From Bacillota bacterium (GTDB lineage: Bacteria > Bacillota > Bacilli > Alicyclobacillales > Alicyclobacillaceae): 51,153 bases of DNA. The position numbers and the translations under genes are program-made. The notes below the pieces were generated by a model. The model had not been told where the DNA came from and made no database searches. It saw only the letters and a program-made list of their open reading frames with translations. The stretch lies in contig DAHWFY010000002.1 in assembly GCA_027336365.1 (NCBI GenBank), positions 1 through 51,153 on the forward strand, written 5' to 3'. Of the stretch, positions 36,997-48,798 are shown piece by piece (the stretch's first letter is position 1; every line of letters begins with the position of its first letter).

Positions 36997-39900
36997 TTAG
37001 AACAACGAAAGTTGATTTGATTCGGGAAGACCGGTGAGACAACTCAGTCCCTCCAGGATATCTACGACGGCCCGAGAGACCTTGCTGCGAGATTGTAAGT
37101 CTTCCACCGAGAGAAAAGGACCTTCATCCCGAGATCTCTTCAAACTGCGGGCGGCGTTTTCGCCAATGCCAGGAACTGCGGCAAATGGAGGTAACAACGC
37201 CTGTTGCTCCATTTTGATGAGAAATCGTGTGGCATCGGAACGATACAGATCCAATGGCAGAAAGCGATACCCTCGCACAACCATTTCCAGGGTCAGTTCC
37301 AAGACCGTTTGTAGTCCCTTCTCTTTGGCAGAGGCAGTGTTGCCCTTGTCTTCAATTTCCTCGATTTTACGGACAATGGCTTCTTTACCTTGCACCATCA
37401 CCTCCATGTCAAAGTCGTCCGCCCGTACCGTAAAATAAGCGGCATAAAATGCCAGCGGATGATAGACCTTGAACCAGGCAATGCGCATTGCCATAAGCAC
37501 ATACGCGGAAGCGTGAGCCTTGGGAAACATGTACTTGATTTTTCTACCCGACTCTATGTACCACTCAGGGACCCCAAAGGAGCGCATGTATTGTGCGTCC
37601 TCCTCCTTGACGCCCTTGCCCTTGCGAATGGACTCCATGATTTTAAACGCCCGAGAGGGCTCAAGCCCCCGGTATATCAAATAAATCATGATATCATCAC
37701 GGGCACAGATGACCTCAGACAGCGTGGCTGTTTTACTGCGAATCAATTCCTGGGCATTGTTCAACCAAACGTCCGTACCGTGAGATAAACCGGAGATGCG
37801 CACCAACTCCGAAAAGGTGGTGGGACGAGTATCGTCCAACATTTGACGCACAAATTTCGTTCCAAACTCCGGGATACCATAGGTTCCTGTGGAAGAGCGA
37901 ATGTCTTCTGGGTTCACACCCAAGGTTTCTGTACCAGAAAACAGGCCCAGTACCGCCGGATCATTTAAGGGGATGGTCTTGGGGTCCACATCCGTCAGAT
38001 CTTGAAGCATGCGAATAACGGTTGGATCGTCATGGCCCAATATGTCAAGTTTCAATAGGCATTTTTCCAGGCCGGAATGATAGTCGAAATGGGTGGTCAA
38101 GGTACCTGTTGATTTGTCGTCAGCCGGATACTGCACTGGTGTAAAATCGTACACGCTCTTATGCCCAGGAACCACCACTTGTCCACCGGGGTGTTGTCCG
38201 GTGGTCCGCTTGACTCCGGTGCACCCTTGCACCAGCCGATCAATCTCGGCATTGCGCAGAGTCAAATTTCGCTCCTCGGCAAACTTTTTCACATATCCGT
38301 AAGCCGTTTTTTCTGCCACACCGGAAATGGTACCTGCACGAAACACGTGGTCTTTGCCAAATAACTCCTCCGTATAGCGGTGAGCTCGCGGCTGATACTC
38401 GCCAGAAAAATTCAAATCAATATCAGGCACCTTGTCCCCATGAAACCCCAAGAAGGTCTCAAAGGGAATGTCCTGCCCATCCCGAACCATGGATGTTTTG
38501 CACTGGGGACAGTCTTTCGGAGCAAGGTCGTACCCTGAGCCCACGGAGCCGTCCTCAATAAACTCGGTGTACTTGCACTGGGGACAGCGATAATGTGGAG
38601 GTAGCGGATTGACCTCGGTGATGTCCGTCATGGTGGCCACCAGGGAAGAGCCCACGGAACCCCGGCTGCCTACCAAGTACCCGTCCGACAGGGATTTCAC
38701 CACCAACTTGTGAGCAATCAAATAAATCACCGAGAATCCATGGTTGATGATGGAGTCCAGTTCTTTGCGCAGTCGTTTTTCAACAATCTCCGGCAAAGGA
38801 TCTCCGTACAGTTCGCGTGCCCTGATATAGGACATACTTTCCATTTCCACCTCGGCGCCCTCAATCACCGGTGTAAATAGTTCGTCCGGAATGGGTTTTA
38901 CTTCCTCAACTTGGTCCGCTATCGCCAGGGTATGAGTCACCACAACCGCCTCAGCATCTTCCCCTAAGTGTTGAAATTCGGTCAACATCTCGTCGGTGGT
39001 GCGCAGATGCATGTCTGGCTGCCATGCACTTCCGGCTCCGTGCTGAGATTGCAAAAACACCTCTCGATAGATTCCGTCCTGAGGGTTCAGGTAGTGCACA
39101 TCCCCGCTTGCAACCACCGGAATATTCAAATGTTTACCAACATCCACCAATTGCCGTTGGATTTCCATAACGCTTTCTCTACTCGCAATGGTTTTGTCTT
39201 GAATAAGATTTTCATAGTGACCCAGAGGTTGCAATTCCAAAAAGTCGTAAAATCGACATATTTGTTCAATCTCGTCTCTCCGTTTGCCCCTCAAGAAAGC
39301 CTGAAACACTTCTCCTTGCTGACACCCACTACCAATCAACAGTCCTTCTCGCAAGCGAACGAACTCACTGCGGGGAACCCGAGGCGTCCGGTATAGGTAA
39401 CGCGTCTGAGCCAAGGACACCAACTCATACAGGTTGCGCAGCCCAACCTGATTGCGAACTAGCACCGTGGCGTGAAAAGGACGCATGCGAGCGGTATCCA
39501 CCTCACCAGACAAGGCATTTAGAGCTGGCAAACTGTCAATTCCCCGTTCTTTTAAATCATTGAGCATATGCATGAATACCTTGGCAGTCGCTTCCGCATC
39601 CGCCAGAGCCCGGTGGTGATGAACCAACTGAACCTGAAACTTCTGGCTCAAGGTCTTTAGACGGTAGTTCTTTTCTCCTGGATACAGCAAGCGAGCCAGG
39701 GCCAAGGTATCCACCACCGGAGATTCCCAATCCGGCCAATTCAAACGAACAGCACACTGATTTAAGAATCCCACGTCAAATTCAGCATTGTGGGCCACCC
39801 AAACTGCCTCTGCCGCAAAGTTACGAAATCCCTCCAGAGCCTCAGCCAATTTTGGTTGACCTTCCACCATATTTTGTGTAATTCCTGTTAACTCTGAGAT

Positions 39901-41430
39901 TTTTGCTGATATCGAGCGTTCGGGATCAATCAGTGTGGAAAAGGTTCCGGTGATTTCTCCCTGTTCCACACGCACTGCAGCGATTTCAATTAAGGTGTCC
40001 TCACGGGCGTTTAATCCCGTTGTCTCCGTGTCAAACACCACATAAGCCGTTTCTTCCAACTGCCTGTTTTGCATACGGTAGATAATGGGCGTCCCATCAT
40101 CCACCATGTATGCCTCCACTCCCAGCAGAACTTTCACTCCGCGTTTACGGCCCGCCTCATAAGCGTCCGGAAAAGCCTGTACCCCCCCATGGTCTGTCAC
40201 AGCGATGGCCGAATGGCCCCACTCGGCCGCCTGTCGGATAAACTCCCCCACCGGGGTTACTCCGTCCAAAGTGGACATGGTGGTGTGCAGATGCAATTCC
40301 ACCCGTTTGCGCTCTGCCGTATCCAGGCGCAGAGGTGGATTCCCAGGTTGCATGTCCTGAACCATAAACACCAGTTCCCGAGTATAGGTGTCAAACTGCA
40401 CTTGTCCCTGCAAACGCACATATACACCGTTCTGCAAAGTCTCCATGGCCTGTTTCTGCCGTTCATCACGAACAAATAACTTGGCCGTAATGGAATCTGT
40501 ATCGTCCGTGATATTGAACTGTACCAGCACCCTACCGCTGGGCAAAACACGGGTGTCCAATTGAAATACCCGTCCCTCAATGACAGCGCTGCGCATCTCA
40601 TCCGCAATCTCGTGCACGCTCAAGGGAGGATTTCCAATCGCCCGACCCAACACCAACGGTTGTGCAGGTCCCTCATCCGTCCGCTCCCGTCGGTACTTGC
40701 GATAGGGACGTTCCTCGGCCGCTGGAATGCTTGTCTCTGGCGTTGGGGGATTGATGGTAGTCGCTGCTTGTACCCGATTGACCACACTGGCCACTTCTTG
40801 TCTCTCCTGTTGCTCCAATTGATTTCTAAGGGCTTCAACTTGCTCTCCGGTAGCCTGTACCTGCAAACGGCAAGATAGGGACAACCCCGCAGTCTCAACC
40901 GCGGTAGCAACAATCCAGTCGGGAAATCCTTTTTTTTGCAGTCTCCCTCGTTCCAGTTCGCTGCCCAAGAATATGCTTAACAAAAATTCAGCCCCATCAC
41001 TGGGGGCAGCAACCATTCCTTCGACCTCATGCGGACCGGACGTCAACCTGTCGGGTGGAGAAGTATCCGATACAACGGAGACCTGCCACTGTGCATGGCG
41101 TATGATTTGCCCAGCCACAGCCTCCTGAATGCTGTACAACTCCAACAGGGCCTGCACCACTGCTTCTATCTGCGCCTCATCCCATTCCACGGACCGTGTC
41201 TTGACCTGAATTGATGAGATATCGGCAAACTGTTCCCGATACTTGTCCGCCGCTGCTAAACGTTCTGCAAGCAACGACATCAGAACGCGGGCGTCAGAAA
41301 GTACGAGCGGAGCAAACTCAATCTCCAGTCTGCGAGTGCGCCGATGAACCACCACCTGGCGAATAAAATTTGGCACATGGGGCATTTCGTCCCCTGGTAA
41401 CGAATGGGATTGCTCGTCAAGCAAACTCAT
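36997..41430 (-). CDS. polC: DNA polymerase III PolC
   Basis: OB fold, PHP ELHLHT and TDHG, exonuclease VFDTETTG, GSRGSVGSS, Zn-finger CPQC, PDIDLNFSG and YMFPKAHA motifs. Confidence 0.98.
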   Translation of the reverse strand: MSLLDEQSHSLPGDEMPHVPNFIRQVVVHRRTRRLEIEFAPLVLSDARVLMSLLAERLAAADKYREQFADISSIQVKTRSVEWDEAQIEAVVQALLELYSIQEAVAGQIIRHAQWQVSVVSDTSPPDRLTSGPHEVEGMVAAPSDGAEFLLSIFLGSELERGRLQKKGFPDWIVATAVETAGLSLSCRLQVQATGEQVEALRNQLEQQERQEVASVVNRVQAATTINPPTPETSIPAAEERPYRKYRRERTDEGPAQPLVLGRAIGNPPLSVHEIADEMRSAVIEGRVFQLDTRVLPSGRVLVQFNITDDTDSITAKLFVRDERQKQAMETLQNGVYVRLQGQVQFDTYTRELVFMVQDMQPGNPPLRLDTAERKRVELHLHTTMSTLDGVTPVGEFIRQAAEWGHSAIAVTDHGGVQAFPDAYEAGRKRGVKVLLGVEAYMVDDGTPIIYRMQNRQLEETAYVVFDTETTGLNAREDTLIEIAAVRVEQGEITGTFSTLIDPERSISAKISELTGITQNMVEGQPKLAEALEGFRNFAAEAVWVAHNAEFDVGFLNQCAVRLNWPDWESPVVDTLALARLLYPGEKNYRLKTLSQKFQVQLVHHHRALADAEATAKVFMHMLNDLKERGIDSLPALNALSGEVDTARMRPFHATVLVRNQVGLRNLYELVSLAQTRYLYRTPRVPRSEFVRLREGLLIGSGCQQGEVFQAFLRGKRRDEIEQICRFYDFLELQPLGHYENLIQDKTIASRESVMEIQRQLVDVGKHLNIPVVASGDVHYLNPQDGIYREVFLQSQHGAGSAWQPDMHLRTTDEMLTEFQHLGEDAEAVVVTHTLAIADQVEEVKPIPDELFTPVIEGAEVEMESMSYIRARELYGDPLPEIVEKRLRKELDSIINHGFSVIYLIAHKLVVKSLSDGYLVGSRGSVGSSLVATMTDITEVNPLPPHYRCPQCKYTEFIEDGSVGSGYDLAPKDCPQCKTSMVRDGQDIPFETFLGFHGDKVPDIDLNFSGEYQPRAHRYTEELFGKDHVFRAGTISGVAEKTAYGYVKKFAEERNLTLRNAEIDRLVQGCTGVKRTTGQHPGGQVVVPGHKSVYDFTPVQYPADDKSTGTLTTHFDYHSGLEKCLLKLDILGHDDPTVIRMLQDLTDVDPKTIPLNDPAVLGLFSGTETLGVNPEDIRSSTGTYGIPEFGTKFVRQMLDDTRPTTFSELVRISGLSHGTDVWLNNAQELIRSKTATLSEVICARDDIMIYLIYRGLEPSRAFKIMESIRKGKGVKEEDAQYMRSFGVPEWYIESGRKIKYMFPKAHASAYVLMAMRIAWFKVYHPLAFYAAYFTVRADDFDMEVMVQGKEAIVRKIEEIEDKGNTASAKEKGLQTVLELTLEMVVRGYRFLPLDLYRSDATRFLIKMEQQALLPPFAAVPGIGENAARSLKRSRDEGPFLSVEDLQSRSKVSRAVVDILEGLSCLTGLPESNQLSLF

Positions 41431-41440
41431 GTTTCTTCTC

Positions 41441-41512
41441 CTATCTCAGTAAATACATTTATGTGGACTTACATCACTTGTTGGTGCCACCTTCAGCGGC
41501 ATGGATATCTCA
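41441..41512 (+). repeat. Degenerate family A copy abutting the polC RBS, flanked by TATCTCA direct repeats
   Basis: CTATCTCAGTAAATACATTTATGTGGACTTACATCACTTGTTGGTGCCACCTTCAGCGGCATGGATATCTCA. Confidence 0.85.
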
Positions 41513-41549
41513 CCTGCACATCCCCCTTACTTTCCTTTGCGAGCAATCG

Positions 41550-42821
41550 CTAGAACAGTCGCAATACGTCACGATACGTAATCACCACACCCACCAGCAT
41601 CAAGAGAGCAAACCCGATGACGTGCACAAACCCCTCTTTGCGAGGATCCAAAGCCCTCCCACGTACCAATTCCACCAGCATAAACAGTAACCGTCCTCCG
41701 TCCAAAGCAGGAATAGGCAACAGATTCATCAGTCCAAGGTTGAGACTGAGCAAACCACCAATCATCACCACGTTCCAAAATCCGGCCTGTGCCTCTTGGC
41801 CAATGACATAGGCAATCCCCACCGGACCCGACAAATCTTTAAACTGATGGTGGGCAATAACCTGATGATACAAAACGGACAGAGTTTGCACCGAGGCCTG
41901 ATAGACCGTGCTAAATCCGTTGGTCACACTCACCACCGGATTGTGATTGAGAGAAACACCTACCCCCAGTTCTGGTGTTTTTCCCTGACCCAGGGCGGGT
42001 GTGACTTGAATGGTCCGAGTTTGACCGTTACGCACCACCCGAATGGACAGAGGGCGCGGGGGCGAGACAAAGTCTCCTCTGATATCCTGTACCAAACCCA
42101 TCCAGGTAGACACCGGTCGTCCATCCACAGCCACCACCCGGTCCCCTGCCATCAAACCGGCATGAGCCGCCGGAGAGCCAGGAACAATGGACCCCAGAAT
42201 CGGTTGGTTGATGGGAATTCCATTGTGGAAAAAAACAAGAGAAAACAGTACCCCTGCTAAGAGAAAATTCATCATCGGTCCAGCCAAAATAATGGCCGCA
42301 CGCTTCCACAAGGGTTTTGCAATCATCTGTTCACTAGGTTCAACCAAAGGTAACGAGTTACGGCGACTGGTCATCAGTTTGGCATGTGGCCGCACGCGAT
42401 AAGTGCGCACACCCTCCGCCATTTCCAGCGTCATTTCCATCCGCCGAGTCAAGTCCAGTTGGCGCAAGGTGCAGACGGTTCCCTCAGGCAAGTCGGCAGG
42501 TTCCCCAACAACGGCAATGCAATCGTCCTCATCCCACTGCACGGAAACCTGCTCCCCCACTTGAAAAAAGGTTTCCTGAGGCACCTCTCCAGCCAGTTGA
42601 ACAAAGCCCCCAAATAAGTATGGACGAATGGAGTACTCTGTGCCTCCCCGCACCCATTTGACCAACTTGGGGCCAAATCCTACGGCAAACACCGGCACAG
42701 TGACGCCCGACCACTTGGCCACAATAAAATGACCGAACTCGTGCATGACGATAATCCCCAAAAACACGGCTATAATCGCAATCGCCCATTTCAAAGCGAC
42801 CCACAACGAGATCAGCAACAC
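41550..42821 (-). CDS. rseP: RIP metalloprotease RseP/RasP
   Basis: HEFGH, AGPMMNF, a PDZ domain and NLLPIPALDGGR. Confidence 0.96.
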   Translation of the reverse strand: MLLISLWVALKWAIAIIAVFLGIIVMHEFGHFIVAKWSGVTVPVFAVGFGPKLVKWVRGGTEYSIRPYLFGGFVQLAGEVPQETFFQVGEQVSVQWDEDDCIAVVGEPADLPEGTVCTLRQLDLTRRMEMTLEMAEGVRTYRVRPHAKLMTSRRNSLPLVEPSEQMIAKPLWKRAAIILAGPMMNFLLAGVLFSLVFFHNGIPINQPILGSIVPGSPAAHAGLMAGDRVVAVDGRPVSTWMGLVQDIRGDFVSPPRPLSIRVVRNGQTRTIQVTPALGQGKTPELGVGVSLNHNPVVSVTNGFSTVYQASVQTLSVLYHQVIAHHQFKDLSGPVGIAYVIGQEAQAGFWNVVMIGGLLSLNLGLMNLLPIPALDGGRLLFMLVELVRGRALDPRKEGFVHVIGFALLMLVGVVITYRDVLRLF

Positions 42822-42827
42822 CCGTGT

Positions 42828-44003
42828 TCACCCGCCCTTCTTCAGCAAGTCATACGCAACCCGGCGTGCCCAGCCATCCGCCTCCAGCACATCCTCCATC
42901 GTTTCCACAGACCCCGGCAACCTGAGTTGCAGAACTTCTTCCACTAGTCTGGCCACCTGCAAAAAGGAAATTCTGCCTTGCAGAAACCCATGGACAGCCA
43001 CCTCATTGGCGGCGTTCAGAACACAGGGTGCGATTCCCCCCGCTTTTCCCGCCTCATAGGCGACTCGCAAACTAGGGAAACGCTGAAAATCGGGAGTCTC
43101 AAAGGTCAGTTGCCCCAGTTGTGCCAGGTTTAAGCGAGGCCAACCACTTTCCTGACGTTGAGGATAAGTCAAGGCGTACTGAATTGGAATACGCATATCC
43201 GCACCCGCCAACTGAGCCAAAACGGACCCGTCCCGAAAGGCCACCAAAGAATGCACCGCACTCTGTGGGTGAACCAGTACTTCTATCTTATCATACGGAA
43301 CACCAAACAGATGATGTGCTTCAATCACTTCAAGACCTTTGTTCATCATGGTGGCAGAGTCCACCGTGATTTTCTGCCCCATGGTCCAATTGGGATGATG
43401 CAATGCCTCCTTCACCGTCACGTTAGCCTGTTTGCTCAGGCTCCACTGGCGAAAGGGTCCACCGGACGCCGTCAAAATGAGGCGTTCGACCGCGTTCACA
43501 TCGGCTGCCTGTAAACATTGAAACAAAGCAGAGTGTTCACTGTCTACCGGAATGATGGTACTCCCCGAGGTACGAGCCTTGGCCATCACGAGTTCACCAG
43601 CCGCAACCAAGGTTTCTTTATTGGCCAGAGCTATGGTAGCACCTCGTTGCAAGGCCACCCACGTCGGTAACAAACCGCGTGCCCCCACAATTGCAGAGAC
43701 CACCATTTGCGAGGGAAACTCCGCTGCTTGCAGCAATCCCTCTTCCCCAACACCAATTTCGGGTTGCCACCCCAAGGGTGCCAGGCGTTCCAACAATTGC
43801 TCCTTACCCTCACGGGTTGTCAAAGACACATACTGGGGTCGGAACCTTATCACCTGTTCCGCCAATTTCGTCACGTTCTGCCCTGCAGCCAACGCAGTGA
43901 CACGAAAAGACTCCCCAGGTAGCGCACCCAGCACCTCCAGTGTCAAGCTACCAACGACCCCTGTGGAGCCGAGAATGGTGATTGATTTTGTCACACCAGT
44001 CAC
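42828..44003 (-). CDS. dxr: 1-deoxy-D-xylulose-5-phosphate reductoisomerase
   Basis: LGSTG, LANKETLV, PVDSEHSA, LTASGGPF and NKGLEVIEA motifs. Confidence 0.97.
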   Translation of the reverse strand: MTGVTKSITILGSTGVVGSLTLEVLGALPGESFRVTALAAGQNVTKLAEQVIRFRPQYVSLTTREGKEQLLERLAPLGWQPEIGVGEEGLLQAAEFPSQMVVSAIVGARGLLPTWVALQRGATIALANKETLVAAGELVMAKARTSGSTIIPVDSEHSALFQCLQAADVNAVERLILTASGGPFRQWSLSKQANVTVKEALHHPNWTMGQKITVDSATMMNKGLEVIEAHHLFGVPYDKIEVLVHPQSAVHSLVAFRDGSVLAQLAGADMRIPIQYALTYPQRQESGWPRLNLAQLGQLTFETPDFQRFPSLRVAYEAGKAGGIAPCVLNAANEVAVHGFLQGRISFLQVARLVEEVLQLRLPGSVETMEDVLEADGWARRVAYDLLKKGG

Positions 44004-44043
44004 TCCCCGCTAAAAAACAACCTGGGTTACACATCGCACCCGC

Positions 44044-44826
44044 CTAAAGATGCAGGGCCTCAATCAGATACAAAGCAAAGGGCGCTGCAAAAAGCAGACT
44101 GTCCACCCTATCCAGCATGCCCCCATGACCCGGGAGCAGTTTTCCCGAGTCTTTCGTTCCTGTTGCTCGTTTATATGCAGACTCTACCAGGTCCCCCACC
44201 TGACCCGCAAAGGAAATCACCAGCCCCACCAGCAGCAACTGCGGCCAGGGTTCAGTGCCGTGAAACAGAAGGTCCCCCAGGACAAACGTCATGGCCGTGC
44301 CACCCAACAGCCCAACCAATGCTCCGCTCACCGTTTTATTGGGACTGATGGCAGGCCACAGTTTCGGTCCGCGTAGCCATGTCCCCCCAAAGTAAGCCGC
44401 TGTGTCGGTTGCCCAAATGGTCAACACATACACCATCAACCACGTCCAACCATTCCCGGGTTGACGGAAAGCACTTAGACTGGCTCCCCCAATACCCAGA
44501 TAAAGAGTGCCCACCAAGACGGCGCCCGTCTCCCGGAAGGACACCTGATTTTGTGCCAACACCGGAATCACCAAAGCACTGGCCACAATGGCATATATGA
44601 CCATGGGGGACGCCCATCCTGTCCACCAAATCATAACCGTCACCATGGCATAGGCCCACCAAGCCAAAAAACTGTGCCACCTAACCCCTGACATGGCAAC
44701 GAACTCAGCGACACCCACCAAGGAGCCGACATAAACAAATATCCGCCATGTAAAGGGCCCCAAGGCAGCCATTCCGACAATCACTGTTATCCCAACGAAG
44801 GCCGTGAGTACTCGTTGTCTAAGCAT
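44044..44826 (-). CDS. cdsA: Phosphatidate cytidylyltransferase
   Basis: DTAAYF, SPNKTVSG and GDLVESAYKR..KDSGKLLPGHGGMLDRVD motifs. Confidence 0.96.
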   Translation of the reverse strand: MLRQRVLTAFVGITVIVGMAALGPFTWRIFVYVGSLVGVAEFVAMSGVRWHSFLAWWAYAMVTVMIWWTGWASPMVIYAIVASALVIPVLAQNQVSFRETGAVLVGTLYLGIGGASLSAFRQPGNGWTWLMVYVLTIWATDTAAYFGGTWLRGPKLWPAISPNKTVSGALVGLLGGTAMTFVLGDLLFHGTEPWPQLLLVGLVISFAGQVGDLVESAYKRATGTKDSGKLLPGHGGMLDRVDSLLFAAPFALYLIEALHL

Positions 44827-44833
44827 CTGCCAC

Positions 44834-45601
44834 CTACTTCAGGCCGCCAAACCGCCGTTTTCGGCGCTGGTAGTCGCGAATTGCCTCATATAAAGTTGTG
44901 TTCGTAAAATCCGGCCACAATACCTCAGTAAACCACAGCTCCGAGTAGACAGATTGCCAGACCAAAAAATTACTTAAGCGTTGTTCACCGCTGGTTCGGA
45001 TGATAAGGTCTGGGTCTGGAGCCGGGAAAGTTGACAGATAGCGAGCAAGACTCTCTTCGGTGAGTTCCTCCCAGGTGGTCATTCCGGCTTCCACCTGTCC
45101 TGCGTAGTGGCGAATGGCCTGAAGCACCTCAGCACGGCCACCATAATTCAGAGCAAATGTCACCACCATGCCAGAATTGTCAGCGGTCAACCGCTGTGTT
45201 TGGGTTACCGTCTCGCGGGTGTACGTGGGCAGTTGAGTCACGTCCCCGATGAAGCGGACCTGTACTCCCCGCTCCACCAGTTCATTGATCTCCGTGCGAA
45301 AGAACTCTTCCGGCAAACGCATCAAGTAGTCCACTTCGGCTCGTGGGCGTTTCCAATTCTCTGTAGAAAACGCATACAGGGTCAAATATCTAACCCCCAA
45401 TTCATCACAGGCACGAATGACTTCCCGAACCTTGTTCATGCCCGCACGATGTCCGGCAATGCGCGGCATTCCCCGGCGCGTCGCCCACCGCCCGTTTCCA
45501 TCCATGATGATGGCGATATGGTTGGGAATGTTCTCTCGCAAGTCGCTGTCCCCAGCAGGTAGCTTTTTGCCGCGGCCAAACCACCCTTTCAAAGACCCCA
45601 A
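44834..45601 (-). CDS. uppS: Undecaprenyl diphosphate synthase
   Basis: HIAIIMDGNGRWA, FSTENWKRP and IRTSGEQRLSNFL motifs. Confidence 0.97.
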   Translation of the reverse strand: MGSLKGWFGRGKKLPAGDSDLRENIPNHIAIIMDGNGRWATRRGMPRIAGHRAGMNKVREVIRACDELGVRYLTLYAFSTENWKRPRAEVDYLMRLPEEFFRTEINELVERGVQVRFIGDVTQLPTYTRETVTQTQRLTADNSGMVVTFALNYGGRAEVLQAIRHYAGQVEAGMTTWEELTEESLARYLSTFPAPDPDLIIRTSGEQRLSNFLVWQSVYSELWFTEVLWPDFTNTTLYEAIRDYQRRKRRFGGLK

Positions 45602-45671
45602 CCCCTTCTACTTCCCACTCCCACCACTGTTCCCGGCTCATCTCGTTTGCCGTCATTATTTCAGAGCCACA

Positions 45672-47020
<1,349 letters not shown>

Positions 47021-47050
47021 TCAAAGCACGTCTCAAAATCCGCGGATTCA

Positions 47051-47081
47051 GCAAAGGGAACACCTGAGGTGTTCCCTTTGC
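47051..47081. terminator. Terminator-like hairpin after tsf
   Basis: Perfect inverted repeat GCAAAGGGAACACCT-G-AGGTGTTCCCTTTGC. Confidence 0.75.
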
Positions 47082-47088
47082 CCAGTGA

Positions 47089-47736
47089 TTAGCCACGTGC
47101 GATGGAGAAAACTTCTTCGGCAAAATTATTCTCCGATTTTTCAATGCCCTCACCTACGACAAAACGAGCAAAACGCCGAATGGAAAGATTCTCACCAATG
47201 TGCGCAATCTTTTCCTTGAGCAACAACTCAATCGTCAGATCTGGATTTTTCACAAAAGGTTGCTCCAACAAACAAACTTCTTTAAAAAACTTTTCTACAC
47301 GCCCATCCACAATCTTATCCACGATATTTTCCGGTTTACCCTCGTTTAAAGTTTGCGCCCTGAGAATTTCTCGCTCATGGGCAATCACGGCATCAGGCAC
47401 ATCCTCGCGCTTCACGTACTGAGGAGCCGCAGCAGCAATGTGCATGGCCACATCGTGCACAAAATTTCGAAAGTCCGCATTCTTTGCCACAAAGTCTGTC
47501 TCGGAGTTGACTTCCAGCAGTACGCCGATACGCCCCCCGTGAATGTAGGCCTCAACAATCCCTTCAGCGGCCACACGTCCCGCCTTCTTGGCTGCAGAAG
47601 CCAGCCCCTTTTCACGCAAAATTTCGGCCGCTCGTTGCAGATCTCCCTGAGCTTCCGTCAACGCCCGTTTGCAATCCATCATACCGGCATTCGTCTGTTC
47701 TCTCAGTTGTTTGACCATGGCTGCTGTAACTTCCAT
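47089..47736 (-). CDS. tsf: Elongation factor Ts (short 215-aa form)
   Basis: [19 protein letters not shown] and [10 protein letters not shown] motifs. Confidence 0.97.
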   Translation of the reverse strand: MEVTAAMVKQLREQTNAGMMDCKRALTEAQGDLQRAAEILREKGLASAAKKAGRVAAEGIVEAYIHGGRIGVLLEVNSETDFVAKNADFRNFVHDVAMHIAAAAPQYVKREDVPDAVIAHEREILRAQTLNEGKPENIVDKIVDGRVEKFFKEVCLLEQPFVKNPDLTIELLLKEKIAHIGENLSIRRFARFVVGEGIEKSENNFAEEVFSIARG

Positions 47737-47810
47737 AGCAAAAGTCCTCCTTCAATCAGATGAACCACATTCTACCCGTGTCTGCACGGGTCAACCCTCA
47801 TTGCTGGCAT

Positions 47811-47843
47811 AAAAAAGGTGACGAGTCTACGCGCCCGCCACCT
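47811..47843 (-). terminator. Terminator or attenuator between rpsB and tsf
   Basis: Minus strand AGGTGGCGGG...CTCGTCACCT followed by TTTTT. Confidence 0.7.
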
Positions 47844-47865
47844 GGGTTACACGACGCGCAACAAG

Positions 47866-48594
47866 CTAGGCTGTGGTTGTCGGCTCTGGCTCTTCCACTT
47901 CGGCAGGTTCTTGAGACTGTATCCCTTCCACCACCGCGTCGGCCATTTTCATGGTCAACAGTTTTACCGCTCGAATCGCATCATCATTGCCTGGAATGAT
48001 GTAGTCAATTTCATCCGGATCACAATTGGTATCGACAATGGCCACAATCGGAATACCCAATTTTCGGCCCTCCGCAACCGCGATTCGTTCCTTACGGGGA
48101 TCAATGATGAACATGGCGCTAGGGATATCCTTCATTCCCTTAATACCGCCCAGGTATTTTTCTAGTTTTTCCATCTCTTTACGCAATAAAATCACTTCTT
48201 TTTTAGGCAACACTTGAAAAGTTCCGTCTTGTTCCATTCGCTCCAAGTCCATCAAACGAGCAATTCGTTTTTGGATGGTTGGCAAATTTGTCAAGGTACC
48301 CCCCAACCAACGCTGATTCACATAATACATGCCGCAGCGTTCAGCCTCTTCTTTGACGGCGTCTTGAGCTTGCTTTTTTGTACCGACAAAGAGAATTGTC
48401 TGTCCCGCAGCAGCCAAGTCGCGAACAAAATTGTAGGCCTCTTCCACCTTACGCACGGTCTTTTGCAGATCGATAATGTAGATACCGTTGCGTTCCGTAA
48501 AAATGTAACGGGCCATCTTTGGGTTCCAGCGTCGAGTTTGATGACCGAAGTGAACACCAGACTCCAACAATTGCTTCATGGAAATAATAGCCAT
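47866..48594 (-). CDS. rpsB: 30S ribosomal protein S2
   Basis: [19 protein letters not shown] and [10 protein letters not shown] motifs; ATG at 48594 with AGGAGG. Confidence 0.98.
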   Translation of the reverse strand: MAIISMKQLLESGVHFGHQTRRWNPKMARYIFTERNGIYIIDLQKTVRKVEEAYNFVRDLAAAGQTILFVGTKKQAQDAVKEEAERCGMYYVNQRWLGGTLTNLPTIQKRIARLMDLERMEQDGTFQVLPKKEVILLRKEMEKLEKYLGGIKGMKDIPSAMFIIDPRKERIAVAEGRKLGIPIVAIVDTNCDPDEIDYIIPGNDDAIRAVKLLTMKMADAVVEGIQSQEPAEVEEPEPTTTA

Positions 48595-48609
48595 GTACTT
48601 TCCTCCTAT

Positions 48610-48778
48610 TTTGGGTTGTTTTCCACCGCATCCTTCATCTGACCTTGTGCTCGCTGAGCTTCCTTTTCGTGCCAAAACTCCCCGAGACCCACAACGCCAT
48701 CCGAATACGTGAGTGCTCCGCCTACAGCGGGCCGTTACACCGCATTTTAATATACCACAGTACAGGTTCACGAGGCAA
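48610..48778 (-). promoter_or_regulatory. rpsB promoter and probable S2 autoregulatory leader
   Basis: TTGCCT-18 nt-TATATT with extended -10 TG (48749-48778); ~145-nt leader in which CGTATTC can pair with GGATGCG. Confidence 0.55.
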
Positions 48779-48798
48779 CAAAACAGCGACTCGCGGCT

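Noticed and set aside
128-41512. Family A as integron attC sites
   Set aside because: No RYYYAAC/GTTRRRY ends, no integrase, and the neighbouring genes are ancestral housekeeping genes in conserved order.
47089-47736. Short EF-Ts as a truncation
   Set aside because: A ~200-215-aa EF-Ts form is established in many Firmicutes and thermophiles, and both termini look complete.
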